From: Gammaproteobacteria bacterium
Lineage (GTDB): Bacteria; Pseudomonadota; Gammaproteobacteria; UBA4575
DNA: 64,000 nucleotides
Reading direction: 5' to 3'
NCBI GenBank assembly: GCA_965243395.1
Contig: CBDEUS010000001.1
Location: forward strand, 544,001-608,000
The notes under the pieces are model-generated. The model saw nothing but the letters and a program-made list of their open reading frames with translations. It was not told the origin of the DNA and made no database searches. Shown in pieces: positions 50,455 through 61,443 of this stretch. How positions within the stretch are numbered: the stretch's first letter is position 1; each line of letters starts with the position of its first letter. The translations under genes and the position numbers were made by a program.

Positions 50455-50826
50455 CTATTTATCAATGCTCCATATGCCTGCGCCACGTGAAGCTATGTAC
50501 AAAAAGACAAAGCAATAAAGCGCGGCTAACACTCCGCCATTCTCAATTGGGAATAGACCGTACATACCATGCGCCATCCAATAAGCAACTGCCATTGTGC
50601 CACTGCAAATAAATGCAGCCGGGCGAGTAAATAGACCAATCATAACCAATACTCCACCCACTATTTCTATAGCAGCGGCACCACTTGTTAGGTTATTTAA
50701 TGGTCCATACGGATAATCATTTGGGAAGTTAAAAAACTTCTGGGTTCCATGCCATATAAATAAAAACCCAGTTACTATTCTTAAAATTGCATAAGTTTGC
50801 TCTTGAAAATTACTCATAAACTTCAT
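50455..50826 (-). CDS. DoxX-family membrane protein
   Basis: LRI..G.LF..HG.QK, E..GG....GLFTR.AA, G.G.WSID. Confidence 0.88.
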   Translation of the reverse strand: MKFMSNFQEQTYAILRIVTGFLFIWHGTQKFFNFPNDYPYGPLNNLTSGAAAIEIVGGVLVMIGLFTRPAAFICSGTMAVAYWMAHGMYGLFPIENGGVLAALYCFVFLYIASRGAGIWSIDK

Positions 50827-50900
50827 ATTTCAATCCTCCTGCATTTATTTGAGATTATTAATGAATATTGTATATTCTCTTTGTGTAGTTACCAGACATT

Positions 50901-51854
50901 TTAAGCAGCTTTTTCAAGTCTTGATAGCCAAACATTTAGGCCTGCAGCGTTGAGGCTTAAGTCGGGTTGTAGAAATTTTGTAAACTGTTCTATTTCTTCT
51001 TTTGAGTAATTAGACGCTAGTCTTTCTTGTAGATAGTTTTCTATATCTTCGCGTATCATTTTTTCTGAATCTTCTGCGTGAAGGTACTGTTTTGTAATTT
51101 CGGTATATCTAGCAATATCTTGTCTTAGTTCTTTAGCGAGGTTTAATACATCAGTAACACATCCATAATGAGTTAAGTAAATATTTTTGGGCTTATGAGC
51201 TAGAATTTTGTCGAGTGACTCATACCATGGCTCTGGTTCGAATTGAACAGGAGTTGTTGTAGGTAAAATAAAATCTACGTTATCTTTTTGCATTTCGCGA
51301 TACGATAATCCAAACGTATCGCCGCTAAAAATCCCATCGCTAGTTTTATCATACACACAAAAGTGATGACGGGCATGCCCAGGGGTATCAAGAAATTTTA
51401 ATACTCTATTTCCAAGTTCAATTTCATCATTATCTTTTGCAGTTACGACTCGTTGTTCATTGATTGGCATTACTTCGCCAAAATATTGATTAAACTTTTC
51501 TTGTCCGTAGACTGTAGTGGCGCCAGCAATCAGTTTTCCAGGGTTAATCATGTGTGGTGCGCCGCGTGGGTGTATCACCAGCTTTGCATTTGGCAATTCA
51601 CTCATGAGCAGGCCTGCGCCTCCTGCATGATCTAGATGTACATGAGTTGGGATAACATAATCAACATCTTTAATATTTACATTTTTAAGTTTTAATATTT
51701 CAAGCAAGTATGGAACGGTATGCCCCGTTCCAGTGTCGATAAATGCAGCATGACCATCTTGAATCATTAGATAACAAGCGGCATGTCCTGGATATAAGTA
51801 CATGGTATCGATACAAGTAATACCAAAACCATATTCATGCAAAATGGGTTTCAT
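50901..51854 (-). CDS. MBL-fold metallo-hydrolase
   Basis: THVHLDHAGG, TPGHARHH, GD, TH. Confidence 0.9.
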   Translation of the reverse strand: MKPILHEYGFGITCIDTMYLYPGHAACYLMIQDGHAAFIDTGTGHTVPYLLEILKLKNVNIKDVDYVIPTHVHLDHAGGAGLLMSELPNAKLVIHPRGAPHMINPGKLIAGATTVYGQEKFNQYFGEVMPINEQRVVTAKDNDEIELGNRVLKFLDTPGHARHHFCVYDKTSDGIFSGDTFGLSYREMQKDNVDFILPTTTPVQFEPEPWYESLDKILAHKPKNIYLTHYGCVTDVLNLAKELRQDIARYTEITKQYLHAEDSEKMIREDIENYLQERLASNYSKEEIEQFTKFLQPDLSLNAAGLNVWLSRLEKAA

Positions 51855-51873
51855 AAAGATTCAAGTAAATAAT

Positions 51874-52356
51874 CTATTTGAGCAAGTCCGTTGCACTCAC
51901 GATAATCCCGTCTTCGTCAGCATATAAATAATGTCCGGGCACAAAATCTACATCTGCAAAATGTATGGTTAAATCTTTTTCACCAATACCTTTTTTGTCG
52001 GTTTTCATCGGTAGAGTTCCTAATGCTTTGCAGCCAATATTTATTGTCGCAATGACGCCAGAATCTCGAATACATCCGTTCACAACAATGCCAGACCAAC
52101 TATTATCCGCACCTGCTTGTGCAAGTAGATCACCAACTAGTGCGCGTCTTGTTGAGCCACCACCATCAATGACCAGCACTTTACCGTTTCCTGGTGATTT
52201 AAGCGCTTCGCGAACTAAACTATTATCTTCAAAACATTTAACGGTATAAATTTCTCCAGTAAATGAAATATTTCCGCCATAATCTTTGAATAGTGGTTGA
52301 GCGACGGAGATGTTTCCTTCATGCTCATCGCATAAATCTGCAGTTTTAAATTGCAT
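51874..52356 (-). CDS. rraA: RraA/MenG-family protein (RNase E regulator / HMG-aldolase-like)
   Basis: TADLCD, TVKCFEDN, VIDGGGS.RRALVGD, GCIRD, YADEDG. Confidence 0.9.
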   Translation of the reverse strand: MQFKTADLCDEHEGNISVAQPLFKDYGGNISFTGEIYTVKCFEDNSLVREALKSPGNGKVLVIDGGGSTRRALVGDLLAQAGADNSWSGIVVNGCIRDSGVIATINIGCKALGTLPMKTDKKGIGEKDLTIHFADVDFVPGHYLYADEDGIIVSATDLLK

Positions 52357-52632
52357 GCTTTATTTCCTTAATTACTATTAGATGAAAAATTGTTTTGGTC
52401 TAACCGGTGCACCTAGTCTAAATATACCCCATGATAGATAGCAAGGTCGCATTTGAGACGTTCTCAAATAAGAAACTTATTTACCCATTCACGACTTGCA
52501 TGACCTATCTCCCAAAATTAATGGTCAGTCTAAATTAGGATCTGTTAATATACACGGCCCGATATTATCTGGACTTATTTCCGGGGCTGTAAATTAAAAT
52601 ATTCACATAGGGGTTTTTTTAAGGAGAGGATT

Positions 52633-53958
52633 GTGAGCAAGAGCAGAGCAGAGCAAGTAAAAGAATTAGAACAAGATTGGGCAAATAACCCACGATGGGC
52701 AAACGTTAAGCGTGATTACAGTGCTGAGGATGTAGTTCGTTTGCGTGGCAGCATTCAGCCCGAACATACTTTAGCGCGTAAAGGAGCTGAAAAGCTTTGG
52801 GAGAAAGTAAACGGCACGGCAAAGAAAGGGTATGTAAATGCATTTGGTGCGATTACTGCTGGCCAAGCCATGCAACAAGCGAAAGCAGGATTAGAAGCCG
52901 TATATTTATCGGGTTGGCAGGTTGCAGCGGATGGCAACACTTCTGAAACGATGTATCCTGATCAATCACTCTATGCTTATGATTCTGTGCCAACTATGGT
53001 ACGTCGTATTAATAACACGTTTAAGCGTGCAGATGAGATTCAATGGAAAAACATTGCAGATGGAAAAATGTCTGAAGATGATGCCATTGACTATTTCCTA
53101 CCAATTGTAGCGGACGCCGAAGCAGGTTTTGGTGGCGTGCTGAATGCTTACGAACTAATGAAAAATATGATTGCAAATGGTGCGGCAGGTGCGCACTTTG
53201 AAGATCAATTAGCAGCGGTGAAAAAATGTGGTCACATGGGCGGTAAAGTTCTCGTTCCAACACAAGAAGCTGTTCAAAAATTACTAGCAGCACGTTTAGC
53301 TGCCGACGTGATGAATGTCCCTACTATTGTGTTAGCACGAACGGATGCTGAAGCGGCTAATTTGTTGACAAGTGATTTTGATGAGAACGACAAACCGTTT
53401 TTAACGGGAGAGCGTACACAAGAAGGTTTCTACCGTGTGAAAAACGGTTTAGAGCAAGCTATTAGTCGAGGTGTTGCTTACGCACCTTATGCAGATTTAG
53501 TTTGGTGTGAAACGGGTAAGCCTGATATAGGTTTTGCACGTGAATTCGCGCAAGCTGTTCAAGCTGCAGTACCGGGTCAAATCATGTCTTACAACTGTTC
53601 ACCTTCATTTAATTGGAAGAAGAACTTAAGTGATTCGCAGATTGCTAGCTTCCAGGAAGAATTATCCGATTTAGGTTATAAATTCCAGTTCATCACTTTA
53701 GCGGGTATACATCTAAACTGGTATCGCACATTCGACTTGGCTTATAACTATGCGCGTGGAGAAGGTATGAAGCACTACGTTGATATGGTTCAAGAGCCTG
53801 AGTTCGATGGTCGCGAGCGTGGCTATACTTTCGTCTCTCATCAGCAGGAGGTGGGTGCTGGTTATTTTGACGATGTCACTACAGTGATTCAGGGAGGCTC
53901 GTCTTCTGTTACTGCATTAACCGGTTCAACCGAAGAAGAGCAATTCGACGAAAAATAA
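52633..53958 (+). CDS. aceA: isocitrate lyase
   Basis: [10 protein letters not shown] catalytic motif, [25 protein letters not shown]. Confidence 0.98.
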   Translation: MSKSRAEQVKELEQDWANNPRWANVKRDYSAEDVVRLRGSIQPEHTLARKGAEKLWEKVNGTAKKGYVNAFGAITAGQAMQQAKAGLEAVYLSGWQVAADGNTSETMYPDQSLYAYDSVPTMVRRINNTFKRADEIQWKNIADGKMSEDDAIDYFLPIVADAEAGFGGVLNAYELMKNMIANGAAGAHFEDQLAAVKKCGHMGGKVLVPTQEAVQKLLAARLAADVMNVPTIVLARTDAEAANLLTSDFDENDKPFLTGERTQEGFYRVKNGLEQAISRGVAYAPYADLVWCETGKPDIGFAREFAQAVQAAVPGQIMSYNCSPSFNWKKNLSDSQIASFQEELSDLGYKFQFITLAGIHLNWYRTFDLAYNYARGEGMKHYVDMVQEPEFDGRERGYTFVSHQQEVGAGYFDDVTTVIQGGSSSVTALTGSTEEEQFDEK

Positions 53959-53975
53959 TTAAAGTAGAACTTAGC

Positions 53976-54012
53976 AAAACCCGGTATGTGCTTAACACAT
54001 ATCGGGTTTTTT
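53976..54012 (+). terminator. intrinsic terminator after aceA
   Basis: AAAACCCGGTATGTG-loop-CACATATCGGGTTTTTT. Confidence 0.82.
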
Positions 54013-54110
54013 CATGTCTGTGTATTGAAATATCTTGTAGTTTAAGCATGTCTCTTATACATATAAACTATAATCGACCATAATATATAAAACTAATTAA
54101 AGGACTCTTA

Positions 54111-55469
54111 ATGGCGAATCAGCCTTACCAACATGTACAAGTTCCTGCTGATGGAGAAGCTATTCAGCTAAATTCAGATAACACCATACAAGTACCTGAC
54201 AATCCTATTATTCCATTTGTTGAAGGTGATGGAATTGGAATCGACGTAACTCCTGTGATGCGTCGTGTTGTGACCGCAGCAGTTGATCAAGCCTATGAAA
54301 AAAAGCGCCGTATTCGTTGGATGGAAATTTACGCAGGCGAAAAAGCATCACGTTTATATGGGGCCACTAGTTTTTTGCCGGAAGAAACACTTGATGTTAT
54401 GCGTGACTATGTCGTTTCTATTAAAGGCCCGCTTGCAACCCCTATTGGTGAAGGCATGCGATCTTTGAATGTATCCATAAGACAAGTGCTGGATCTTTAT
54501 GCTTGTGTACGTCCTATACGTTATTTTTCAGGTACACCTACACCATTGCGAGATTCAGGAACGACAGACATGGTTATCTTTCGTGAAAATACAGAAGATA
54601 TTTATGCGGGTATCGAGTGGGAAGCGATGAGCGCGGATGCAAAAAAAGTAATTAAGTTTTTGCAAGAAGATATGGATGTAACGAAAATTCGCTTTCCTGA
54701 AACATCTGGAATTGGTGTTAAACCTGTTTCAAAAGAAGGTTCAGAGCGGTTAATTCGCAAAGCAATTCAATATGCAGTAGATAATGACAGAGATAATGTT
54801 TCCTTAGTGCATAAAGGAAACATCATGAAATTTACCGAAGGTGCATTTCGAAACTGGGGATTTGATTTAGCCATGCGTGAATTTGGTGCAGAACTTATCG
54901 GTGATGGGCCTTGGTGTAAATTTAATAATCCAAACACAGGAAAAGAAATCATCATTAAAGATGTTATTGCCGATAACTTCTTACAACAGATACTTTTGAA
55001 TCCACAGGACTACGATGTAATTGCGACATTGAACCTAAATGGCGACTACATTTCTGATGCGCTTGCTGCACAGGTCGGAGGAATTGGTATCGCGCCCGGG
55101 GGTAACATTTCAGATAGTGTTGCAGTATTTGAAGCGACTCATGGAACAGCTCCTGGTTTTGCCGGTAAAAACCGAGTAAATCCTGGTTCGATTATTTTAT
55201 CGGCAGAGATGATGTTACGTTACATGGGTTGGGATGAGGCGGCAGATTTAATTGTGAAAGGTGTTGAGGGTGCAATAGCTGCCAGAACTGTAACCTATGA
55301 CTTGGCACGTGCGAGGGCAGGATTTACGGCAAGGGGAGTACAAGGGCGACGCCCGGGGACATCTAAAGAAGTACAAGAAGATCTCGAACGTTTAATGCCG
55401 GGAGCCACATTGGTCAGTACGTCTGGTTTTGGTGAAGAAATAATCAAAAACATGTCTTTAGAGCTCTAA
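54111..55469 (+). CDS. icd: dimeric isocitrate dehydrogenase (E. coli-type) with atypical coenzyme loop and C-terminal insert
   Basis: [53 protein letters not shown]. Confidence 0.93.
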   Translation: MANQPYQHVQVPADGEAIQLNSDNTIQVPDNPIIPFVEGDGIGIDVTPVMRRVVTAAVDQAYEKKRRIRWMEIYAGEKASRLYGATSFLPEETLDVMRDYVVSIKGPLATPIGEGMRSLNVSIRQVLDLYACVRPIRYFSGTPTPLRDSGTTDMVIFRENTEDIYAGIEWEAMSADAKKVIKFLQEDMDVTKIRFPETSGIGVKPVSKEGSERLIRKAIQYAVDNDRDNVSLVHKGNIMKFTEGAFRNWGFDLAMREFGAELIGDGPWCKFNNPNTGKEIIIKDVIADNFLQQILLNPQDYDVIATLNLNGDYISDALAAQVGGIGIAPGGNISDSVAVFEATHGTAPGFAGKNRVNPGSIILSAEMMLRYMGWDEAADLIVKGVEGAIAARTVTYDLARARAGFTARGVQGRRPGTSKEVQEDLERLMPGATLVSTSGFGEEIIKNMSLEL

Positions 55470-55608
55470 ATAAATCGATTTACTGGTCGATATTTATAAT
55501 TACTTTAAAGTAATACAAGGGCTTAGCGCAATTAATTAGATATTATTTAACATCTCGTGCAAAAATAGAGGTGTTTTATTAGTATGCTCATTCAATTTAG
55601 GATTAAAC

Positions 55609-56298
55609 ATGCGGATTGCGCTACTTGAAGACGATCTTGATCAAGCCAATATCATCGAAGTTTGGCTAAACGATGCTGGGCATCATCCCTATATTTATCA
55701 TGTTGGTAGTCAAATAGTAGGTGCCCTGAACACTGAAAGTTTTGATGTAATCATGCTTGATTGGGAAGTGCCTGACATGAGCGGGTTGGAAGTATTGCGT
55801 TGGGTACGTGAAAACCTGGATTGGGCCTGCCCTGTGATTTTTATTACGCAACGTGACCAAGAAAGTGATGTAGTTGCAGCACTTGAAGCGGGTGCTGACG
55901 ACTATATGTCAAAGCCGGTAAATCGTGCCGAAATGTTGGCACGCATCAGTGCAATACATAGAAGAAATAATCCTCCCGAAGAAGATGAATCCGTTCTTGA
56001 AATTTTGCCTTATATAATAGATTTAAAAAAGCGAACCATAGTTTGCAACGGTGCTGAAATAGACTTGACTCAAAAAGAGTATGAACTTGCATTATTTATC
56101 TTGCGCAATGTTGGTAGAGTCTTATCGCGTGGTTATTTACTTGAGCGTGTATGGGGCAAGAATCCTGAAATAAACACACGAACTGTAGACACTCATGTGA
56201 GTCGATTGCGGCGTAAGCTTGCATTAAATAAAGAAAATGGCTGGAAGCTTACATCTGTTTATCAACATGGTTACCGTTTAGAGCCTGACACTGATTAG
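55609..56298 (+). CDS. OmpR/PhoB-family response regulator
   Basis: EDD, MLDW, GADDY..KP, winged helix (LT.KE, RTVDTHVSRLR). Confidence 0.93.
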   Translation: MRIALLEDDLDQANIIEVWLNDAGHHPYIYHVGSQIVGALNTESFDVIMLDWEVPDMSGLEVLRWVRENLDWACPVIFITQRDQESDVVAALEAGADDYMSKPVNRAEMLARISAIHRRNNPPEEDESVLEILPYIIDLKKRTIVCNGAEIDLTQKEYELALFILRNVGRVLSRGYLLERVWGKNPEINTRTVDTHVSRLRRKLALNKENGWKLTSVYQHGYRLEPDTD

Positions 56299-56387
56299 TG
56301 TTTGTTTTAAACCTTCGAAATAATTTTCTTAAATTTAGCTGTGAGTATTGGTCTATACTTGCTACGACAGTCATAAATAACTAGTTA

Positions 56388-56723
56388 ATGGTGAATATGT
56401 CTGATCTTTCTACCAAAGCAAAACAAAAGCTACATGAGCTAAAACAAGAATATGTAAAAAGTTTTCCTGAGAAGTCAGAAGAGATTAAAAATTATTGGAC
56501 TAAAAACGATTTGAGTGAGTTGCGCATTCAGTGTCATAAACTTGCAGGCTCGGCAGCTTCTTTTGAATTTCCAGATGTGTCTTTCGCTGCCAAGACATTA
56601 GAGGCGCTGTGTAAAACACGTTTAGAAAATAACCGTGCAAATTCGATTTTATTAGAAAATGATAAAACTCTTGTTAATGCTTATAAGGTATTAATGGATA
56701 CTTTTAATAAATATAATAAGTAA
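56388..56723 (+). CDS. stand-alone HPt domain protein
   Basis: HKLAGSA.SF....VS..A..LE phosphotransfer motif. Confidence 0.75.
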   Translation: MVNMSDLSTKAKQKLHELKQEYVKSFPEKSEEIKNYWTKNDLSELRIQCHKLAGSAASFEFPDVSFAAKTLEALCKTRLENNRANSILLENDKTLVNAYKVLMDTFNKYNK

Positions 56724-56950
56724 ATTGCAGCAAGTACCGAGTTTCGCATCACAGTTATTTTAGGTAAGGATAGTAAATACCCACCATAGAACAATTAGGC
56801 CAATAGTCTGTCTAAATTAACCCTTAGTATCGAATAGGATTCAATAGTCTTTGTATAAATATTATTATTGGCAGCTTATCGCCATTTTTATATAAGAAAA
56901 TCAGATATTTCCAGTGGCTAAAATATAGTCATTACACTCTCATTGCATTA

Positions 56951-57682
56951 ATGAAGATTCAGATAATTTCAGATGTCCACCTTGAATTTGGTAGTTTTGA
57001 GCTGCCTGAGAAAGAATGTGATGTGCTCGTTGCCGCAGGTGATATTGGGGTTGGTGTGGAGGGTCTAGAGTGGTTGCAGACCCTAGATGTGCCGGTGATA
57101 TATGTTGCGGGTAATCATGAATATTGGGGTTATGAGATGTACGATTTACAAGATGATTTCATAAACATCTGTAAAGGTAGCAATGTTCGCTATTTAGAGA
57201 AGAAAAGTGTTGTAGTTAAGGGGGTGCGATTTCTGGGATGTACATTATGGACAGATTTTAATGGTTGTGACGATGAAGAAATAATGGATGATCTTCAAAA
57301 TATCATGAATGATTTTAGATATATATCAGTGGACGATACGACAATCACCCCAAAGGGCTTGATAGAGATTAATCATGCGAGTGTAAAATGGTTAGATCGT
57401 GAGCTTTCTAAAAAGCATGATGGCCCTACCGTTGTAGTTACACATCATGCTCCTACAAAAAAGAGTTGGGCGGCTGACCCTGATGATTATTTGAAGTTCG
57501 CATACTGCAATCAGTTAGATTCTATGTTAAAAGAAAATCATATCGATTTATGGGTGCATGGCCATATTCATCATGCATGCGACTATACAAAACACGGTAC
57601 ACGAGTAATATGTAATCCGAGAGGTTACAAAGGCTATCAAACTGTAGATAATTTTGATGCAGCTAAAACATTCAAAGTCTAG
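56951..57682 (+). CDS. calcineurin-like metallophosphoesterase
   Basis: SDVHLE, AGD, GNHE, THHAP, HGHIH, CNPRGY. Confidence 0.9.
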   Translation: MKIQIISDVHLEFGSFELPEKECDVLVAAGDIGVGVEGLEWLQTLDVPVIYVAGNHEYWGYEMYDLQDDFINICKGSNVRYLEKKSVVVKGVRFLGCTLWTDFNGCDDEEIMDDLQNIMNDFRYISVDDTTITPKGLIEINHASVKWLDRELSKKHDGPTVVVTHHAPTKKSWAADPDDYLKFAYCNQLDSMLKENHIDLWVHGHIHHACDYTKHGTRVICNPRGYKGYQTVDNFDAAKTFKV

Positions 57683-57720
57683 CTATTGGTGTAAATTATA
57701 TTCTTTGGTAATACGGACTT

Positions 57721-58059
57721 ATGGCAACTAAAAATATTTTTAAAGTAAGTTTTTATAATCAGAGTAATGTTTATGAAGTTTATGCAAGCAAGGTTTATCA
57801 GTCAGATTTACATGGTTTTATTACGATTGAAGAGCTCAAGTTCAATGAACGCACGAGTGTTGTTGTAGACCCTAGCGAAGAAAAGCTTAAAACCGAGTTT
57901 GAGCAAGTCAAGCGATTTTTTGTTCCGATGCATGCCATCATTCGAATTGATGAAGTCAAAAAAGAAGGTGTCGCGAAAATTTCCGAAGCAGGTGAAAATA
58001 TCGCTCAATTTCCTTCACATATCTATAACGCAAGTAGCGACAAAGATAACAAATCATAA
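57721..58059 (+). CDS. DUF1820-family protein
   Basis: F.NQ..VYE.YA, GFI..EE..F, VVDPSEEKLK.EF, P.H.IIRIDEV. Confidence 0.8.
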   Translation: MATKNIFKVSFYNQSNVYEVYASKVYQSDLHGFITIEELKFNERTSVVVDPSEEKLKTEFEQVKRFFVPMHAIIRIDEVKKEGVAKISEAGENIAQFPSHIYNASSDKDNKS

Positions 58060-58086
58060 GCTGTCTTGATTGTTTGACAGCGGAAT

Positions 58087-58177
58087 TGGCGGAGAGAGAG
58101 GGATTCGAACCCTCGGTGCCCTATTAGGACACACTCACTTTCCAGGCGAGCCCGTTCGACCACTCCGGCATCTCTCC
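58087..58177 (-). tRNA. tRNA-Ser (GGA)
   Basis: Reverse complement GGAGAGATGCCGGAGTGGTCGAACGGG-CTCGC-CTGGAAA-GTGAG-long variable arm-GAGGGTTCGAATCCCTC-TCTCTCC-GCCA. Confidence 0.97.
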
Positions 58178-58463
58178 AATTAATAAGTATAACAACTATC
58201 TGAATAAGCTAGGCGGTATAAAATCCGAATTGAGCGTGATTAAAATGCATCTTATTTAGTCAGTTAAATCTCATATAATCGCCATTTGTTCTCATATCTT
58301 AATATCTAATCTTTCTAAACTTTCCATTTGGGTCTTTAGCAGTTTATATTCACTTTTCGTCGGACTTGATAAATTCATACTACAGCCATGTGTAAACTAA
58401 ACTTTCATATGTTTATTATTTTTTAAAATTTACATCCTCTAAAAATGTATATTTGGGGCTACT

Positions 58464-58712
58464 GTGAAAGCTGATTTAAAAAAATACAAAAAATATACAA
58501 TTTTATTTAATGCTAAAGAAACGGAAACAGGTGAATACAAGCCTGTAGCTTCTATATTTAAGTCCGGAGAAGATACAACAAAATTGAGCATTGAAAGATC
58601 ATTTGCTGATCGCAATGCAGCCCTTTCTTTTGCGCTAGGAGCAGCAGAGGAGACGGTAGATGCGAAAATAAATGGCAATAAACCGGATTTTAAACTCCTT
58701 GTAGGCGAATAA
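58464..58712 (+). CDS. hypothetical protein
   Basis: 82-aa ORF with normal composition; no recognised motif. Confidence 0.5.
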   Translation: MKADLKKYKKYTILFNAKETETGEYKPVASIFKSGEDTTKLSIERSFADRNAALSFALGAAEETVDAKINGNKPDFKLLVGE

Positions 58713-58721
58713 TTTAGCTTG

Positions 58722-59135
58722 CTAGATTGTTTCTTTTATACACTCCCTTAATAAAGAGTTGGGTAAAACGATACACTTGTTAGCATAGAGTTTTTTCAAC
58801 TCATTTAATTTTATATAAATTTCTTTTTTCCAAATTAGATCATAGACAGAGCTATCGTTTTCCTTATTATTTTCTATAGCTAAAGCTCTTCTATTTATTT
58901 CGTTATCTAATTCATCATAAGAAATCCTAGAATTTTTATAATAAGCTTGAAGTTCATTTGTTTGAATAAAATATTTGAACATCTCTTCCACTAGATGATT
59001 GTCTGATGGTATTGGTATTTCAGGCCGGTTTGTCATTAGCAATGACTTGGCATAGGTTTGGTAGTACTCTTTGTCCTCTAGTTTTGAGACCAAACTAGAA
59101 AGTAAAATAAATTTTGAGTCTAATTCACTAGCCAT
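58722..59135 (-). CDS. hypothetical protein
   Basis: 137-aa, very AT-rich ORF; no recognised motif. Confidence 0.5.
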   Translation of the reverse strand: MASELDSKFILLSSLVSKLEDKEYYQTYAKSLLMTNRPEIPIPSDNHLVEEMFKYFIQTNELQAYYKNSRISYDELDNEINRRALAIENNKENDSSVYDLIWKKEIYIKLNELKKLYANKCIVLPNSLLRECIKETI

Positions 59136-59226
59136 TGATACTTAATATATTTGTATTTACTATTAAATATAGTTTGATGATTCTATAGTAAATGTTCTTA
59201 CCAATTAATTGAATAAATACCGCACT

Positions 59227-59655
59227 ATGAAAAGAGTTTTATTAGTCATAATTATGATGAATTTCATGGTTGCTTGTGAGAGTGATCAAACAGTTTATGC
59301 GTATGTTGTAGTAAAGCCTACTGAAGAAGATAGTGTCGTAAGTGAATGGCGTCCTGTTATGCGTGTTGCATACCATGTTGACAAAAATAAAGTGGTTAGT
59401 GAGGTAGCGGGATTGCTAGATGAATACCATGATTGTAATGTTGAAGATAAGAACAATTGGGAATGCAGCTACGAAGATGACATGGGAAACAATTCATTTG
59501 GCTTTAAAGACGGAATGTATTGGGACCAGCCAGGGTGGGGTGAGGATGTAAAGCATGTTTCTCGCTGGGAATTCAATATGATTCGTTGCAAGTGGTATCA
59601 GTATGATAATGGACGTTTTAAGGGCATGTTCTCTTGTTTGAGAACCTATATTTAA
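59227..59655 (+). CDS. putative lipoprotein, Trp/Cys-rich
   Basis: MKR + hydrophobic stretch + MVAC lipobox-like site. Confidence 0.55.
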   Translation: MKRVLLVIIMMNFMVACESDQTVYAYVVVKPTEEDSVVSEWRPVMRVAYHVDKNKVVSEVAGLLDEYHDCNVEDKNNWECSYEDDMGNNSFGFKDGMYWDQPGWGEDVKHVSRWEFNMIRCKWYQYDNGRFKGMFSCLRTYI

Positions 59656-59695
59656 TATCAATAATGTCTATGCGCGTCCGATCTTATCCAAAAAC

Positions 59696-60574
59696 GTGAA
59701 AAATGATTTTTATATTGTCGATGTATTTGCGGGAGAGAAATATTCCGGTAATCCTTTAGCGGTTGTTATTCTTAACAATGAGCTATCTCAAGAGGCAATG
59801 CAAAAAATAGCAGCAGAAATGAATTTTTCTGAAACTAGCTTTGTGTGCCCAAAGCCTTTAACTAACGGACAATTTCAGGTTCGAATTTTTACTCCTTCTA
59901 AAGAGTTAGATTTTGCAGGACATCCCATATTAGGAACTGCCGCTGTAATACGAAAACATTTGCTATCAAAGCAAGAAGAGGTGGTTAACTTAAAGCTTAA
60001 CAAAAGTAATATTTCCGTTGTTTTTGAAGCGAATGACGATGAAGAAAGAGTCTGGTTTGAAGCGCCACCCATTTCTTTAGATGAGACAATTGACCATAAT
60101 CTTATGGCGGAAGCTTTAGGCATTGGTATTGAAGATATAATTACGGAATTACCTATACAAAAAGCATCTGCAGGCACATCGGCAGTAATCGTTCCACTGA
60201 AAAATCTTGATGCGCTTAAAAGATCAAAGCTTGATCTAAAAAAATATGGCCCTTTATTGGAGAGAGGATTCCCACCTCTCACTTATCTATTTACTAAAGA
60301 AACAATAAACTCTGATAACGATTATTCTGTGCGATTTTTCTTTGACGCGCATGGGGTGCGAGAAGACCCTGCCACAGGTAATGGCGCAGCTTTTTTTGGA
60401 AAATACTTGCTCCAATCTGATTATTATTCAACTGATTCAGTGCTGAAAATAGAACAAGGATATGAAGTTGGCCGACCTTCATTAGTACTGTTAAGCATTC
60501 AAAAAATTAATGCTTCGCACGTAATCAGGGTAGGAGGGCGTGTTATTCCTATTGTCAACGGTAGTTTGTTGTAG
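59696..60574 (+). CDS. PhzF-family isomerase/epimerase
   Basis: VDVF....GNPLAV, SETSF, RIFTP..E..FAGHP, EDPATG, EQG....RPS. Confidence 0.9.
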   Translation: MKNDFYIVDVFAGEKYSGNPLAVVILNNELSQEAMQKIAAEMNFSETSFVCPKPLTNGQFQVRIFTPSKELDFAGHPILGTAAVIRKHLLSKQEEVVNLKLNKSNISVVFEANDDEERVWFEAPPISLDETIDHNLMAEALGIGIEDIITELPIQKASAGTSAVIVPLKNLDALKRSKLDLKKYGPLLERGFPPLTYLFTKETINSDNDYSVRFFFDAHGVREDPATGNGAAFFGKYLLQSDYYSTDSVLKIEQGYEVGRPSLVLLSIQKINASHVIRVGGRVIPIVNGSLL

Positions 60575-60586
60575 CTTTGGAATCTA

Positions 60587-60943
60587 ATGGTTTCACGAAG
60601 TAAATTATATGTTCAGCTTGATGCATTAGAGCTTGAACTTGAAGAAAAATTAATTCCACATTTGGAAAATGCCGCTAATGGAAAGAATGATCTAGTTTTT
60701 TGTGTGAGTGATTTTAATCCATTTGAGGAATTAAAAAATAAAACTGATCACACGACAGAACGTTTGATTCATATTGGTAGACAAATTCTGACACTAAAGA
60801 AAAAGCTAAGGGAAGAATCAGAAGGAAGTATTGCAGAAAGAATTTGCTGGTATTGTCGTGAGTGGGGAAATTCAGAAAGTACTCATCGGAATAATGCTCA
60901 AGAATTGGCAAAACAATTCATTAATGAGATACGCAAGAATTAA
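60587..60943 (+). CDS. hypothetical protein
   Basis: 118-aa ORF closely coupled to the PhzF-like gene. Confidence 0.55.
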   Translation: MVSRSKLYVQLDALELELEEKLIPHLENAANGKNDLVFCVSDFNPFEELKNKTDHTTERLIHIGRQILTLKKKLREESEGSIAERICWYCREWGNSESTHRNNAQELAKQFINEIRKN

Positions 60944-60964
60944 ATAAAAGTAACGGTTAATTCA

Positions 60965-61429
60965 ATGGATTTAGGTGAGCTTGAGAAAAAAATATATGCT
61001 TTAAACGATAGAAGTATGTGGTTGTCTTTGCATGAGCAAGTCTTAAAAAATCATGAAATTGTCAGTTCTGAAGAAGATAAGGTAAAACTACTAGATCTGC
61101 ACAAAGTATTGCTTGATAAAGTTGAAAAATGGTTACCCGATTCAATTGATTTGGATAAGTTTAGAGAACTTAGATTACAAGAATACAACAAAATGTTATT
61201 AAGTGAAGCTACTATTGGTGGCACCCTTTGTGTTGAAACACTATATGATTTAACACAGCGTGAGTTGCAAGCGGGAAGAATGTCGCCCACTCATGAACTT
61301 ATAGAAACTGCTATTCAAGCCACTGCTGCGGAACATTATTCTCGAGATCAACTGGTAAGGCAAAAAGAGAAAATCCAGAATTTACAAGAACACTCTGTAC
61401 TTAATAAATTAAGTCGTCTGTTTAAATAA
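60965..61429 (+). CDS. hypothetical protein
   Basis: 154-aa helical-looking ORF. Confidence 0.55.
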   Translation: MDLGELEKKIYALNDRSMWLSLHEQVLKNHEIVSSEEDKVKLLDLHKVLLDKVEKWLPDSIDLDKFRELRLQEYNKMLLSEATIGGTLCVETLYDLTQRELQAGRMSPTHELIETAIQATAAEHYSRDQLVRQKEKIQNLQEHSVLNKLSRLFK

Positions 61430-61443
61430 AAATTACAATCACT

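Noticed and set aside
58464-61429. Integron cassette array or tRNA-Ser-integrated island
   Set aside because: Spacers are short and lack attC RYYYAAC/GTTRRRY structure, there is no integrase, and the genes lie on the tRNA 5' side.
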